Positions 18,711-27,805 of a stretch of DNA of 64,000 nucleotides are shown here, piece by piece. The DNA is from Oligoflexia bacterium (GTDB lineage Bacteria; Bdellovibrionota; UBA1018). The notes below the pieces were generated by a model. It had not been told where the DNA came from. It did not search any database and saw nothing but the letters and a program-made list of their open reading frames with translations. Positions within the stretch are counted from its first letter, which is position 1, and every line of letters starts with the position of its first letter. A program made the position numbers and the translations under genes. The stretch covers positions 63 through 64,062 of the forward strand of contig JAYTHP010000175.1 of NCBI GenBank assembly GCA_043732485.1. The letters run 5' to 3'.

Positions 18711-21545
18711 ATGGCCGACAAATTTTCTGAAAACTATATTGATTCAGCCCGCTTCGATCGCCTTCCTCAGCTCGAAGAGCACTCACTCATGTCGGACCTG
18801 CTGGAGTTCAACGATCCCGCCTCACCGCTTGCTCTTCCGCTCAACCCCCCGCTAACACCTGCCTTCCCCTCCCCCCCCGCACTCCCACCCTTGCTCTCAA
18901 CAGGGCCTGGCCTGACCACGAGCTTACCGCTTTTTTCCAGCCCTAGCCGCTTAACACCGCAATTTTCCTCCTACCTGTCGACCTTGCTACCGATTTTTCA
19001 TGAGCTGACGCAAGACTTAGAAAGCAACCTACACCAGCTGATGTCGCTCAATCCCAGTCGCCGAGAAAGCATCGCCCAGTACTTAGACTTGCTGGCAGGA
19101 CAGCAGCCCTCAAGCAGCTTGGCGTCGTCGTCGTCCGCGCCACCTTCTGCAGGTGGTGAGCTCAAGAAACGACTTGAGGGGAAAAAAACCGCGGTCCAGC
19201 TTGCGGCGCTTAAAACCTTCCTAGAAGAGGTGGCATTGATAGCGCTGGGACAGATCCTGCTACTCAAAAGCTGGTCGGATCGCGGGATCAGAAAATGGTG
19301 CCTTAATGATTTAGGACGGCTGAACTGGGCGTTAAGCTCGACCTTAAAATCAGCCTTGCCGCTCGACCGCGAAGGCTGGCAAATCACCAGACCTAACTTA
19401 TACTCCTGGTACAACCCTTCCAAACAGCACCAGGCTGATTTATGGAACAACCTGGAGAAGTGGAACCTCGATCAAGAGGGCTCAGCGCTCTTGCGCCAGT
19501 TGCTGCAGCACCTGCGCAAATCTCCCTCACTGGACGGACAAGCGTCTGGGCGCTATGATTTTCGCTTTTTTGAAAGCCTTTGGCCAAAAATGGAGTCCTT
19601 CGGCTTTGACGCTTCGCCCGAAGGCATGAAGCGCAAAAAAGTGATTTTTACCCCCACTTTGCGTGACGGTGCGCTCTTGCGCTCGGGGCCCAAGGAATTG
19701 ACCTGGATTGGGCTAGAAGCCTCAGCCTTTCAATTCATGATCAGCGAGCTGATGATTCTCTGGCGCGGCCCGATTCCCCCGCCATTGTGGGCGATTGGCA
19801 CCGGGCTTGAAGTGCACAGTCGCGATCAGCTGACGTTCTTATCCCAGGCCTCAAAACCTTCCCTCTATTGCCGAATCGCTGAGATGGAGGCCTGCCAGGC
19901 GGCCTTCATTTTAGAAGAAACCATCTTGCGTGCCCAAAGCAGGCAAGCTGCCTGCCACACGTTCCGCGAGCAGCTCGAGGGGCTCCCTTATTTTAAGAAA
20001 ATCAAAGCTTCAGGTACTAGCCTTGGAACGCTGCAAGCCTGCGTGGCACTGACCAAACTGCGGCCCGGAGGCATCTTGCTGTGGGCAAGAGAAGAGCCGC
20101 TGACGTCCAAAGAGGGGAGCGAGGCGCTCCATTTTCTCTTAGACCGCGCGCGACTCAACCACGAATGGGACTTTTCTCAGATCGAGCATCAATTACCTCA
20201 CGCCGAGGCGCTTTTTCCGAAACATCTCTACCTTTTTCAAAAGGAACTGCAACTCGAAGCCAGGCACTCCCACCGTCCCACCCGCCATGTGATTGAAGGC
20301 TCCTTAAGGAGTCACGTAGAACTGCCCCTGCTGCTGGAGGATGCATTTGCGGCCATTGAGTCCCAAAACCCACCACGCGGCCATTGGTCGGTGATCTCGC
20401 ACGTCAGCCCGCACACCCAACGCGACTGGATGGACAAGTGGCCTGATCCCACCTGCCACCGCGCCGTGAGAAGGCTCAATCAGCTCAGGCAGGCTTCTTT
20501 ACCGCTAGCACAAATCACCACCATTCGGCCAACGCCTGAGGGCGATCCCAAGCGCGGCGGCACCTGGAGCTTGCAACTCGCGCTTAAGGGCTTCTGGATT
20601 AAAGCGGAACTCACCCCCTCCGGTCAAAGAAAACTTGCCGTTTACCCGCTCCCCGCCGCAGGCGAAAATGCCAAAGGGCAGGGATTTTTTATCCTTTTTG
20701 GCCAGGAAGAATGGCTCCACCCCCTGAAAGCCTACCTCAGCTCGCAGTCAACCCAAACGTGGTTGGATCATCACGCGGAGCGCAAAGGCGACCGCTGGCT
20801 CCTCAAAGAGCAAGTCGTGAAGTGGATCCCCATCCCCAAAAACTTGCTCAAGCAACTCCCCATGCCGCTTGAGCCTGAGGCGGGACTCCACTCACAACTG
20901 AAAAAAAACTGGGCTCCCGCTAGCAGCAGCAGTAATGACCACGACTTTTTACCCGACCTGTGGCAGCAGCACTTCAGCGAAATAGACACTCAGCCAAAGG
21001 CCATCATGACGGCCTTACAAAATCTCCCGCCTGACGAGCCTGCCGCAGAGACCATTCATGCCGCCTGTTTCGTGGCTGCCGCCAAAGCCTTAGGCCAACT
21101 GGAGACCTCGCAAAATCGCTTGCTCGGTCTGGTTTCGCCTGAAGGAAAACTGCGCTGGAAAGAGATTCTGGCCATCTTACCGGAAACTGAAGTCGTTTCC
21201 CTCACCCAACACCCCAAAATCAGGCTGATCGGCTCGCTTCCCCCGCACCTCACCATTACCCGGATGGACCGCGTGAAATCACCCACCGCCGGAGTGCTGC
21301 TGACCACCGAGGCTGGCTTTAATCTCCAGTTAGCCTGCTCCTCGAGTCTCTTATTAAGCCTGCTCCTGGATCAACTGGAAGGCTATCCTCATCCCACCTG
21401 GCTTGAGCTGGTTGAGAACGTCAGGCTACCGCGCAAAATCGAATTCGCCGAAGCCACCGCTCTGGACGTCTTAAATGCCCACGCCCAGCAGACCTCGCGC
21501 TTACAGGAATTCCACGATCTTCTGAGCAGCTGTCAACTCTTTTGA
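18711..21545 (+). CDS. Large (944 aa) orphan protein; possible degenerate Eco57I/TaqI-type N6-methyltransferase-like scaffold
   Basis: A long uninterrupted ORF with AGGAGA upstream of its ATG. See the findings for the motif-level argument. No Walker A and no NPPY/DPPY motif was seen. Confidence 0.6.
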   Translation: MADKFSENYIDSARFDRLPQLEEHSLMSDLLEFNDPASPLALPLNPPLTPAFPSPPALPPLLSTGPGLTTSLPLFSSPSRLTPQFSSYLSTLLPIFHELTQDLESNLHQLMSLNPSRRESIAQYLDLLAGQQPSSSLASSSSAPPSAGGELKKRLEGKKTAVQLAALKTFLEEVALIALGQILLLKSWSDRGIRKWCLNDLGRLNWALSSTLKSALPLDREGWQITRPNLYSWYNPSKQHQADLWNNLEKWNLDQEGSALLRQLLQHLRKSPSLDGQASGRYDFRFFESLWPKMESFGFDASPEGMKRKKVIFTPTLRDGALLRSGPKELTWIGLEASAFQFMISELMILWRGPIPPPLWAIGTGLEVHSRDQLTFLSQASKPSLYCRIAEMEACQAAFILEETILRAQSRQAACHTFREQLEGLPYFKKIKASGTSLGTLQACVALTKLRPGGILLWAREEPLTSKEGSEALHFLLDRARLNHEWDFSQIEHQLPHAEALFPKHLYLFQKELQLEARHSHRPTRHVIEGSLRSHVELPLLLEDAFAAIESQNPPRGHWSVISHVSPHTQRDWMDKWPDPTCHRAVRRLNQLRQASLPLAQITTIRPTPEGDPKRGGTWSLQLALKGFWIKAELTPSGQRKLAVYPLPAAGENAKGQGFFILFGQEEWLHPLKAYLSSQSTQTWLDHHAERKGDRWLLKEQVVKWIPIPKNLLKQLPMPLEPEAGLHSQLKKNWAPASSSSNDHDFLPDLWQQHFSEIDTQPKAIMTALQNLPPDEPAAETIHAACFVAAAKALGQLETSQNRLLGLVSPEGKLRWKEILAILPETEVVSLTQHPKIRLIGSLPPHLTITRMDRVKSPTAGVLLTTEAGFNLQLACSSSLLLSLLLDQLEGYPHPTWLELVENVRLPRKIEFAEATALDVLNAHAQQTSRLQEFHDLLSSCQLF

Positions 21546-21914
21546 CACACACCCCTACTCACTCACTTGCTGCGACCGGGCCCTGTCCCGAGACCCCCCT
21601 AACCCCTGCCGCACCCTCCACCCCCTGCTTTGGAGCGTGAGGGACCCCTGGGTCGCTTGCGCACTATTTCAAGCCTTTACGGGGGCGAAGAGACACTTGC
21701 TACCTCTCTTTTAACGCACCATTTCACGCGCCGCCCCCGCAATTCCGCTACCCAAACGGTCTTAGATCCTGGCAAGGGACGTTGGCAGGAGATATTGGTA
21801 AAGACCCTTGGCATAGGGCGTGCATCCTAGTTTCACGTCACCCTTCGGTTCGATCCGATCCGATCTGTTATTTTCATACCAGATTGCCTGTTTCCTCACA
21901 GTGGTATGTGTAGC

Positions 21915-21965
21915 CCCAAAAAAAGTGGTTTCCCCCCTCACCTGAGGTGACCCCTTTTTTTGTGG
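21915..21965. terminator. A-tract / stem / T-tract hairpin (bidirectional-terminator-like)
   Basis: CCCCAAAAAAAGTGG (21915-21929) pairs at 13 of 15 positions with CCCCTTTTTTTGTGG (21951-21965). The stem encloses an inner TCACC-TGA-GGTGA hairpin. Confidence 0.45.
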
Positions 21966-22051
21966 CTCATTAAGGGCTCGTACCTAACGAACCTTAAACG
22001 CGGTTGTCAGAGAAAACGATAAAACCTAATCCCACCTCCACTTTCCCACCA

Positions 22052-22080
22052 GGGCCTCGCACGGATCCGAGGCCCTTTTT
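22052..22080 (+). terminator. Rho-independent terminator
   Basis: GGGCCTCG (22052-22059) and CGAGGCCC (22068-22075) form an 8-bp GC stem with an 8-nt loop, followed by TTTTT. Confidence 0.65.
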
Positions 22081-22484
22081 CTTTCTGGCGCTTCATTGTC
22101 CGTGCCACCACTCCAGCTCCCCTCCTCTTTGACCTAAGTCCGACCATCACCCTTAACTCATTGAAATCAATAAATAAAAATACAACACCCCCAACCTAGC
22201 CGCCGCGTGAAAAAAAAAGTCACGATCTTCGCTCTCCACGAGCTCCTTGCCGCAGGAAGCAAGAACGAGCACACGCGTGGTGTGACACAGCCGAATCAAG
22301 TTGAAAAATACCAAAAAAATAATTTCTTTCATTTTTAAGCAAGAGCCGCTATCCTAAGAAAGCAGTCAGTGTCAACAAGACCGAAAAGAGAAGCAAAGAG
22401 GTGTCGGCGTAGAGGATGACTTGACGCGCTGCGGCCTGCCGCTCCTAGTTGGCTAAAATAACTGCCGCTTAGGGGAACCAAAAA

Positions 22485-23549
22485 ATGGGAAACAAGAGTA
22501 ATAAAATGAGTAATAATAAGAGTAATAAGATGATGATGAACGACTTGCAAAAATCAGTTTTTCCGACTCAACTCATCTCTGCGCCGCTTACCCTGCTGCT
22601 GCTGCTGCTTGCTAGCTGCAACCCTAGCAGCTTCGATAAAAACCCAACCCCGAAGTTCACCCCGCAAGTCACACCTACGATCCAGCCGACGCCCACACCC
22701 ACGCCAACCCCGCCTCCGACGCCTATACCTACGCCAACACCGCCGCCTTCGCCCCTCCCGCCTGGGACAGGTGTTGGGACCTCGGGCAATTTCCTTCTAT
22801 TTGGTGATGAATGGATTACCCGTATTGACGTTGATCAAAACATGTACCCGAACTGGAACAGCACTGCCAACTCAACCAGCATGAGCTACAATCTTGGACT
22901 TTTTTGGCAAGACGCCTTAACGACCATCACGAGCAACAGCACCTTCCAAGGAAACGTCAAGCCAGGGGCCAATCAAATCCTTTTTGCCGTTTTTTCCAAT
23001 GAGTCAAACATCCTCTCTCCTGCCGACTTTGCGGCACACGGGCTGCCCAATGCCAATTTCTTGAACAACTATCACTTTACCACCTACCAAAACTTCAACA
23101 ATAACCCCCTTCCTGACCCCAATTTAAGCCTACAAAACTTACTCAATTTTAACGCCGTCATTATTGTTTCTTACAGCAGAGCGCTTGATTCCAGCGTTCT
23201 GGCCCAGTATATTAAAAAAGGGGGCGGCATCATGGCTTTCCCCGTAGGTTTTGGTAAAGTCTGCCTGGATCCCAGCAATCCTAATTACAATAACGCCGGG
23301 GGCGATCCTGCAACGAGTAATCAATTTACTTCGCCCAACTACGAATGCCTCAACATGAATTCGCTTTTTTCCTCAGCTGGCTTCCCCTATCAATTTGACT
23401 GCGGCAATACCAACGGCAACCTGCAAGCACTGACAACTAATCCAGTTTTCCGGAACATTCAAAACCCCGTCAAAAACCTACCGTTTGATAACGGCTACGG
23501 TGTCATCAACGTGGGCGGAGTGCAAACGACGGCAAATTTTTGTCAGTAA
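22485..23549 (+). CDS. Lipoprotein, paralog 1 of an unassigned four-Cys domain family
   Basis: The signal peptide with lipobox is PLTLLLLLLASC, followed by a TPTPTPPPTPIPTPTPPPSP linker and the conserved C-terminal domain from about 22788. The N-terminus has a duplicated NKSNKM unit, so the exact start Met is uncertain. Confidence 0.8.
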   Translation: MGNKSNKMSNNKSNKMMMNDLQKSVFPTQLISAPLTLLLLLLASCNPSSFDKNPTPKFTPQVTPTIQPTPTPTPTPPPTPIPTPTPPPSPLPPGTGVGTSGNFLLFGDEWITRIDVDQNMYPNWNSTANSTSMSYNLGLFWQDALTTITSNSTFQGNVKPGANQILFAVFSNESNILSPADFAAHGLPNANFLNNYHFTTYQNFNNNPLPDPNLSLQNLLNFNAVIIVSYSRALDSSVLAQYIKKGGGIMAFPVGFGKVCLDPSNPNYNNAGGDPATSNQFTSPNYECLNMNSLFSSAGFPYQFDCGNTNGNLQALTTNPVFRNIQNPVKNLPFDNGYGVINVGGVQTTANFCQ

Positions 23550-23798
23550 CCCCAAGAACTAGCAGGCGTGCACTTTGACTATCGCGGATCATCGAGTGGT
23601 TCTTCCGGCAAGCTATCAGTGATCCGACGCCATCATCCAACCATCCAACCAACACCCCACAGTTAAAAGGTCTTTCGCTTTTGCTCCGTATCCTTGAGCT
23701 CCTGTGCCTGGGTAAAAAAAATAATTAAAATTTCATCCCCAAATTAAAAAAAATAGAGTTACGATGAAGACTGTTATTCTAAAACAAAGGAAATAAAA

Positions 23799-24815
23799 AT
23801 GAAGAAACCAGTTTCGCGCTCTTTTAAAGTAATTGTTCTCATGCTAATGCTCCAAATATTAGTCATCAGTTGCAAGAACAATAACTCCAATAAACCTTAC
23901 TCCGCTGCGGGCGCCTCGAATTCCTCTACTTCCCAAACCTCTTCTGCAAGCACGGGTGCACCCAACTCTGGCGCAAACGGTACTACAAGCGGACCCTCTT
24001 CTTCGCTCACTGTGGCTCCCACAGTTCCCCCAAGCTCGGGTATCGCGACCAATAACAATTTGATGCTCTTTGGCGATGAATGGATTACCCGACTGGATAT
24101 TGTCAGCAAAAATAATCTTTGGAGTGCAAGCCCTAGCCCCACTAGCATGGGCTACAATCTCTCGCTTTTCTGGCAAGACGCCTTGCAACAGATCACCAGT
24201 AATCCAAACTTTCAAGGCAACGTCAAGCCAGGAGCCAATCAAGTGCTTTTTGCACTCTTTAGCGACTTTGAGCATGACGTCTACTCACCTTCTGAGTTCA
24301 TCACGCAAGGGCTTCCTTACTCGGACTTCTTGAATAACTATCACTTCACCAACTATCAAAAGAGCAATAACATCAGCCCTGATCCAGCCTTAAGTCTCGA
24401 GAGCCTTCTCAATTATAATGCCATCATCCTGGTCTCCTATAGCCGTGCCCTAGACCCCCAAGTCCTTTCCCAGTACATTCAGCGCGGCGGTGGCGTGATG
24501 GTGTTTCCGATCGGTTTCGGCTATGCTTGTCCTGATCCCGCTAACCCGAAATTTAATGCGGCAGGCGGTGATCCCACCACCACGACCGAATACTACACCG
24601 CTAATTTTGAATGCCTGAACATGAACTCCTACCTCATGGCAGCCCAGTTCCCTTACCAATTTGACTGTGGTAATCAAGCAGGTAACTTACAAAATCTTGC
24701 CAATTCTCCCTATTTTAGCAACATTCAAAACCCAAGCCAAACCCTGCCTTTTGAAAAAGGCTATACTGTGATTAACGCAGGCGGACCACAGACCACCGCT
24801 AATTTTTGCCAATAG
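23799..24815 (+). CDS. Lipoprotein, paralog 2 of the same family
   Basis: MKKPVSRSFKVIVLMLMLQILVISC carries the lipobox, followed by a Ser/Asn/Thr-rich linker and the conserved domain from about 24057. AAGGAA precedes the ATG. Confidence 0.85.
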   Translation: MKKPVSRSFKVIVLMLMLQILVISCKNNNSNKPYSAAGASNSSTSQTSSASTGAPNSGANGTTSGPSSSLTVAPTVPPSSGIATNNNLMLFGDEWITRLDIVSKNNLWSASPSPTSMGYNLSLFWQDALQQITSNPNFQGNVKPGANQVLFALFSDFEHDVYSPSEFITQGLPYSDFLNNYHFTNYQKSNNISPDPALSLESLLNYNAIILVSYSRALDPQVLSQYIQRGGGVMVFPIGFGYACPDPANPKFNAAGGDPTTTTEYYTANFECLNMNSYLMAAQFPYQFDCGNQAGNLQNLANSPYFSNIQNPSQTLPFEKGYTVINAGGPQTTANFCQ

Positions 24816-25377
24816 ATCCGTTAGCTGGTTCATCTGCAGCGAAGCGATGCCCTGTATCAGCATGAACAGCTAGTAGGCCCGTGCTAGACGAGAGCCCGGA
24901 TACCTGGCGGCTGGTGACGAGGCTATCACACTCACGCACGCCTGAGTGACAGCGCAACTCAAGGCTGCAGGCGATTTGCGTGAAAGTGAGGGCCGCGCCC
25001 GTTGGCCGTTTTTTTCTCGCGCTAGTCCTCAGTCGTCCTGCCGACCTTCTCCCCGCCCGCACTCCAGCCACCCCACGGCCTGCAGCCTCTCACGCGGCCC
25101 ACTTTTTTTTCACCTTATTATTTTTTATTTCTCTTACAATGCTATGCCCTCACTGACTTGCTTGCCCTGTAAATTCTGATACTTGCCGCTAAAACGTCTA
25201 TCCTTTTTAGGCATCTGGAGTTAAAATAAAATGAAGTAGAAAAAAATTTTTAAAAAAAATAAGCTTTCAGACAAAATAGGTCAGTCAGCCAACCTCAGAG
25301 CGAAGTGCAAGTCGGCCCTAGGCAGATAGTTATTAAGTCCCCCAAACTTTAGACCAAAGAGAAGATCAACTAAAAAT

Positions 25378-26496
25378 ATGCATTATCTATTGTTAGCGAT
25401 CATGATTCAGACCTTAGCAGCATGCAACAGCAGCAACTTTAGCGCAATCACTCCACCGCCATCAGCTCCACTACCTCTTGTGACGCCTAAGCCTCTCACT
25501 ACTGCGACTACTAGTGCCCCCTCTGACACTTCACCCCCCTTGATCGACTCCCCAGGCTCGCTTGCGACCCTACCGCCACCCAATCTCCCTCCTCCTAGCA
25601 CCACGATCTCTCCCTCACCTACTGCGAGCATTGAGCCGTCCCCCGGCGTGTCGCCAGCTCCGTCACCATCTGCTTCCCCTTTCGCCTCCCCCAGCCCATC
25701 GGTTGCCCCCAGCGCAGGCGTAGGCAACACCAACAACCTGATTTTATTTGGCGATGAGTGGATTGCTAGGCTTGATCTCGATAAACACCTATCCAACTGG
25801 GCTGCAAGTCCCAGTCCGACGTCGATGGGTTACAATCTCTCGCTTTTTTGGCAAGATGCCCTTGCACAAATCACGAGTAACAGCAACTTTCAAGGCAACG
25901 TCAAGCCAGGTGCCAATCAAATCTTGTTTGTGCAATTTAGCAGCGCGGAAGGTGACGTCTACTCCCCGTCAGACTTTGCGGCGCACGGGCTTCCTAATGC
26001 TGGTTTTCTGAGCAACTATCAATTCACTAATTATCAAAACACCGGTAACAAACCACTCCCGGATGCCACCTTAAGCCTTGAGAACCTACTTAATTACAAC
26101 GCCGTGATCTTGGTCTCCTTTAGCCGAGCTTTGGACCCGAGCGCGCTAGCCCAGTATCTTAAAAAGGGCGGGGGCGTGATGGCTTTCCCGATCGGCTTTG
26201 GCCGCCCGTGTTTAGATTCCACCAGTGGGAGTTACGGCTCGGCAGGTGGCGATCCTGCCACCACGGTGGCTTACAATACTGCTAATTACGAGTGTTTGAA
26301 TATGAATACATTTTTGGCGGCAGCGCAGTTCCCGTATCAGTACGATTGCGGCAACACGTCAGGCAACTTGGAGTCGCTCGCGACCAGTCCGACGTTTAGC
26401 AATATTACTAACCCTTCGCAAACACTGCCTTTTTCAAACGGTTACGCCGTAATCCCCACGGGAGGAGTTCAGACCACTGCCAACTTTTGTCACTAA
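25378..26496 (+). CDS. Lipoprotein, paralog 3 of the same family
   Basis: MHYLLLAIMIQTLAAC carries the lipobox, followed by a ~100-aa Pro/Ser-rich linker and the conserved domain from about 25735. Confidence 0.8.
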   Translation: MHYLLLAIMIQTLAACNSSNFSAITPPPSAPLPLVTPKPLTTATTSAPSDTSPPLIDSPGSLATLPPPNLPPPSTTISPSPTASIEPSPGVSPAPSPSASPFASPSPSVAPSAGVGNTNNLILFGDEWIARLDLDKHLSNWAASPSPTSMGYNLSLFWQDALAQITSNSNFQGNVKPGANQILFVQFSSAEGDVYSPSDFAAHGLPNAGFLSNYQFTNYQNTGNKPLPDATLSLENLLNYNAVILVSFSRALDPSALAQYLKKGGGVMAFPIGFGRPCLDSTSGSYGSAGGDPATTVAYNTANYECLNMNTFLAAAQFPYQYDCGNTSGNLESLATSPTFSNITNPSQTLPFSNGYAVIPTGGVQTTANFCH

Positions 26497-26838
26497 CCTC
26501 AAGCCCCTCCATCGTTCAGGCAGCAGGTGAGTTTAAGCTCTCTTTTTTTCTCTCTTTCTCTTGCCTTCTTGATCAACCAACAGAGGGTCCGATACCAGAG
26601 GGTAATCAAGGGGCGGGGGGAGGGGTGGTGAAGAGAAAGGGGGAAAAGGGCAAAACCAGGGCACGGTGGTAGAGAGCGCACACAACCCCCCTGAGAGACG
26701 TTGCAAGCATTTTTGCGCCGCCTCTTGCACACACACACACGCGCACACCCCTTCTTTTGCTCCGACTTGGCCACAAAAAATGACTTGAAAACCGTTCACC
26801 AAACTTTTAACCTCTACTTTTAGGCAAAAACAAAAATC

Positions 26839-27690
26839 ATGACACGCCACCCTCACCCAACCCCCTCCGTCTCATCGCAGCCAAAACCGCCGCAGTCACC
26901 TTCGCGAAGTTCGGCGTTGCTTCCGCAAGTCACACTCAGCCCGTGGCATCAAAGTGCCGCAAGCCTACAAGACCTTCAGCTTTACCAGCAGATTCTTCAC
27001 CTGCAGGAGCTACTGAGCGATTGCGAGCAAGCGCTAGCACCTTCCCCACCGTCGGTTCAAGAGGCCACGCTTTTCGCGTCACAACCGCAAGAGGGGTTTG
27101 ATGTCCAGCAACCCCCGGCCGTCATGCTGCAAGCACTTTTGGCGCAGCTATGGCAACAAGAACTGGCATTAGTCACCCCCTTGTGTTTGCAGCCTAGTGC
27201 TTCCTGGGAGCTGCTCTTCCGGCTTGCGCATGACTCGGGTCAAAGGTGGTCGGCCAACGCTTGGGGCTTACACTCGGCGTCATCGTCGTCGTCAGCCGCA
27301 AACTTGCGGGAATGGGCTATGATCTTAAGCAACTCCGTGCTTTTAGGCTTTCCACGCTCACCGAATTTGCTGGTGAGGCGCGCACTCGAGCGCACGCTCG
27401 AGGTGGAATTACTGCACTGTCCGCATCAAGCCTTCCGGTCTACCCGCGCTCTTCACCACCCACAACACCGGCAGCAGCATCAGCAGGCGCCAACACCGTC
27501 AGCCCAGCATCCGCTGCACAATCCAGCCGTGTTGCCTCAGGCTGCTGACTTGCTGTGTCAATTTCATACCCACTGGGTAGAGGGCCTCATGACGACCTCC
27601 CTCCCTGAGGTGCAGGTGACCCACAGCCAGGCGCGTGGTCCTGATCGCTGCGTTCTGAGCGCCTCCCTGACCCACAAACTGCACCACTGA
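26839..27690 (+). CDS. Hypothetical protein with C-terminal V4R / ATC-hydrolase-like Cys motif
   Basis: 283 aa. The N-terminus is Gln/Pro/Ser-rich. The C-terminus LEVELLHCPHQAF...LLCQFHTHWVEGLMTTSLPEVQVTHSQARGPDRCVLS fits the C...F / C.....G / G...C spacing of V4R and ATC-hydrolase-type domains. This assignment is by eye only. Confidence 0.45.
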   Translation: MTRHPHPTPSVSSQPKPPQSPSRSSALLPQVTLSPWHQSAASLQDLQLYQQILHLQELLSDCEQALAPSPPSVQEATLFASQPQEGFDVQQPPAVMLQALLAQLWQQELALVTPLCLQPSASWELLFRLAHDSGQRWSANAWGLHSASSSSSAANLREWAMILSNSVLLGFPRSPNLLVRRALERTLEVELLHCPHQAFRSTRALHHPQHRQQHQQAPTPSAQHPLHNPAVLPQAADLLCQFHTHWVEGLMTTSLPEVQVTHSQARGPDRCVLSASLTHKLHH

Positions 27691-27805
27691 GTCGTCTGAG
27701 TGTTCTTGAGACCATCTCAGACGACTCCTCCCGCACACACACCTACTTGCGTGTCCCCCAGGATCAGATACTAAAACCACGCGCTCTTGAAAGCGCTCCT
27801 GAAAG

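Noticed and set aside
21838-21866. GGTTCGATCC sequence resembling a tRNA T-arm, followed by (GATCC)3
   Set aside because: No acceptor stem, D-arm or anticodon arm can be built around it, and the putative T-loop has 6 rather than 7 nt. It is treated as a micro-repeat only.
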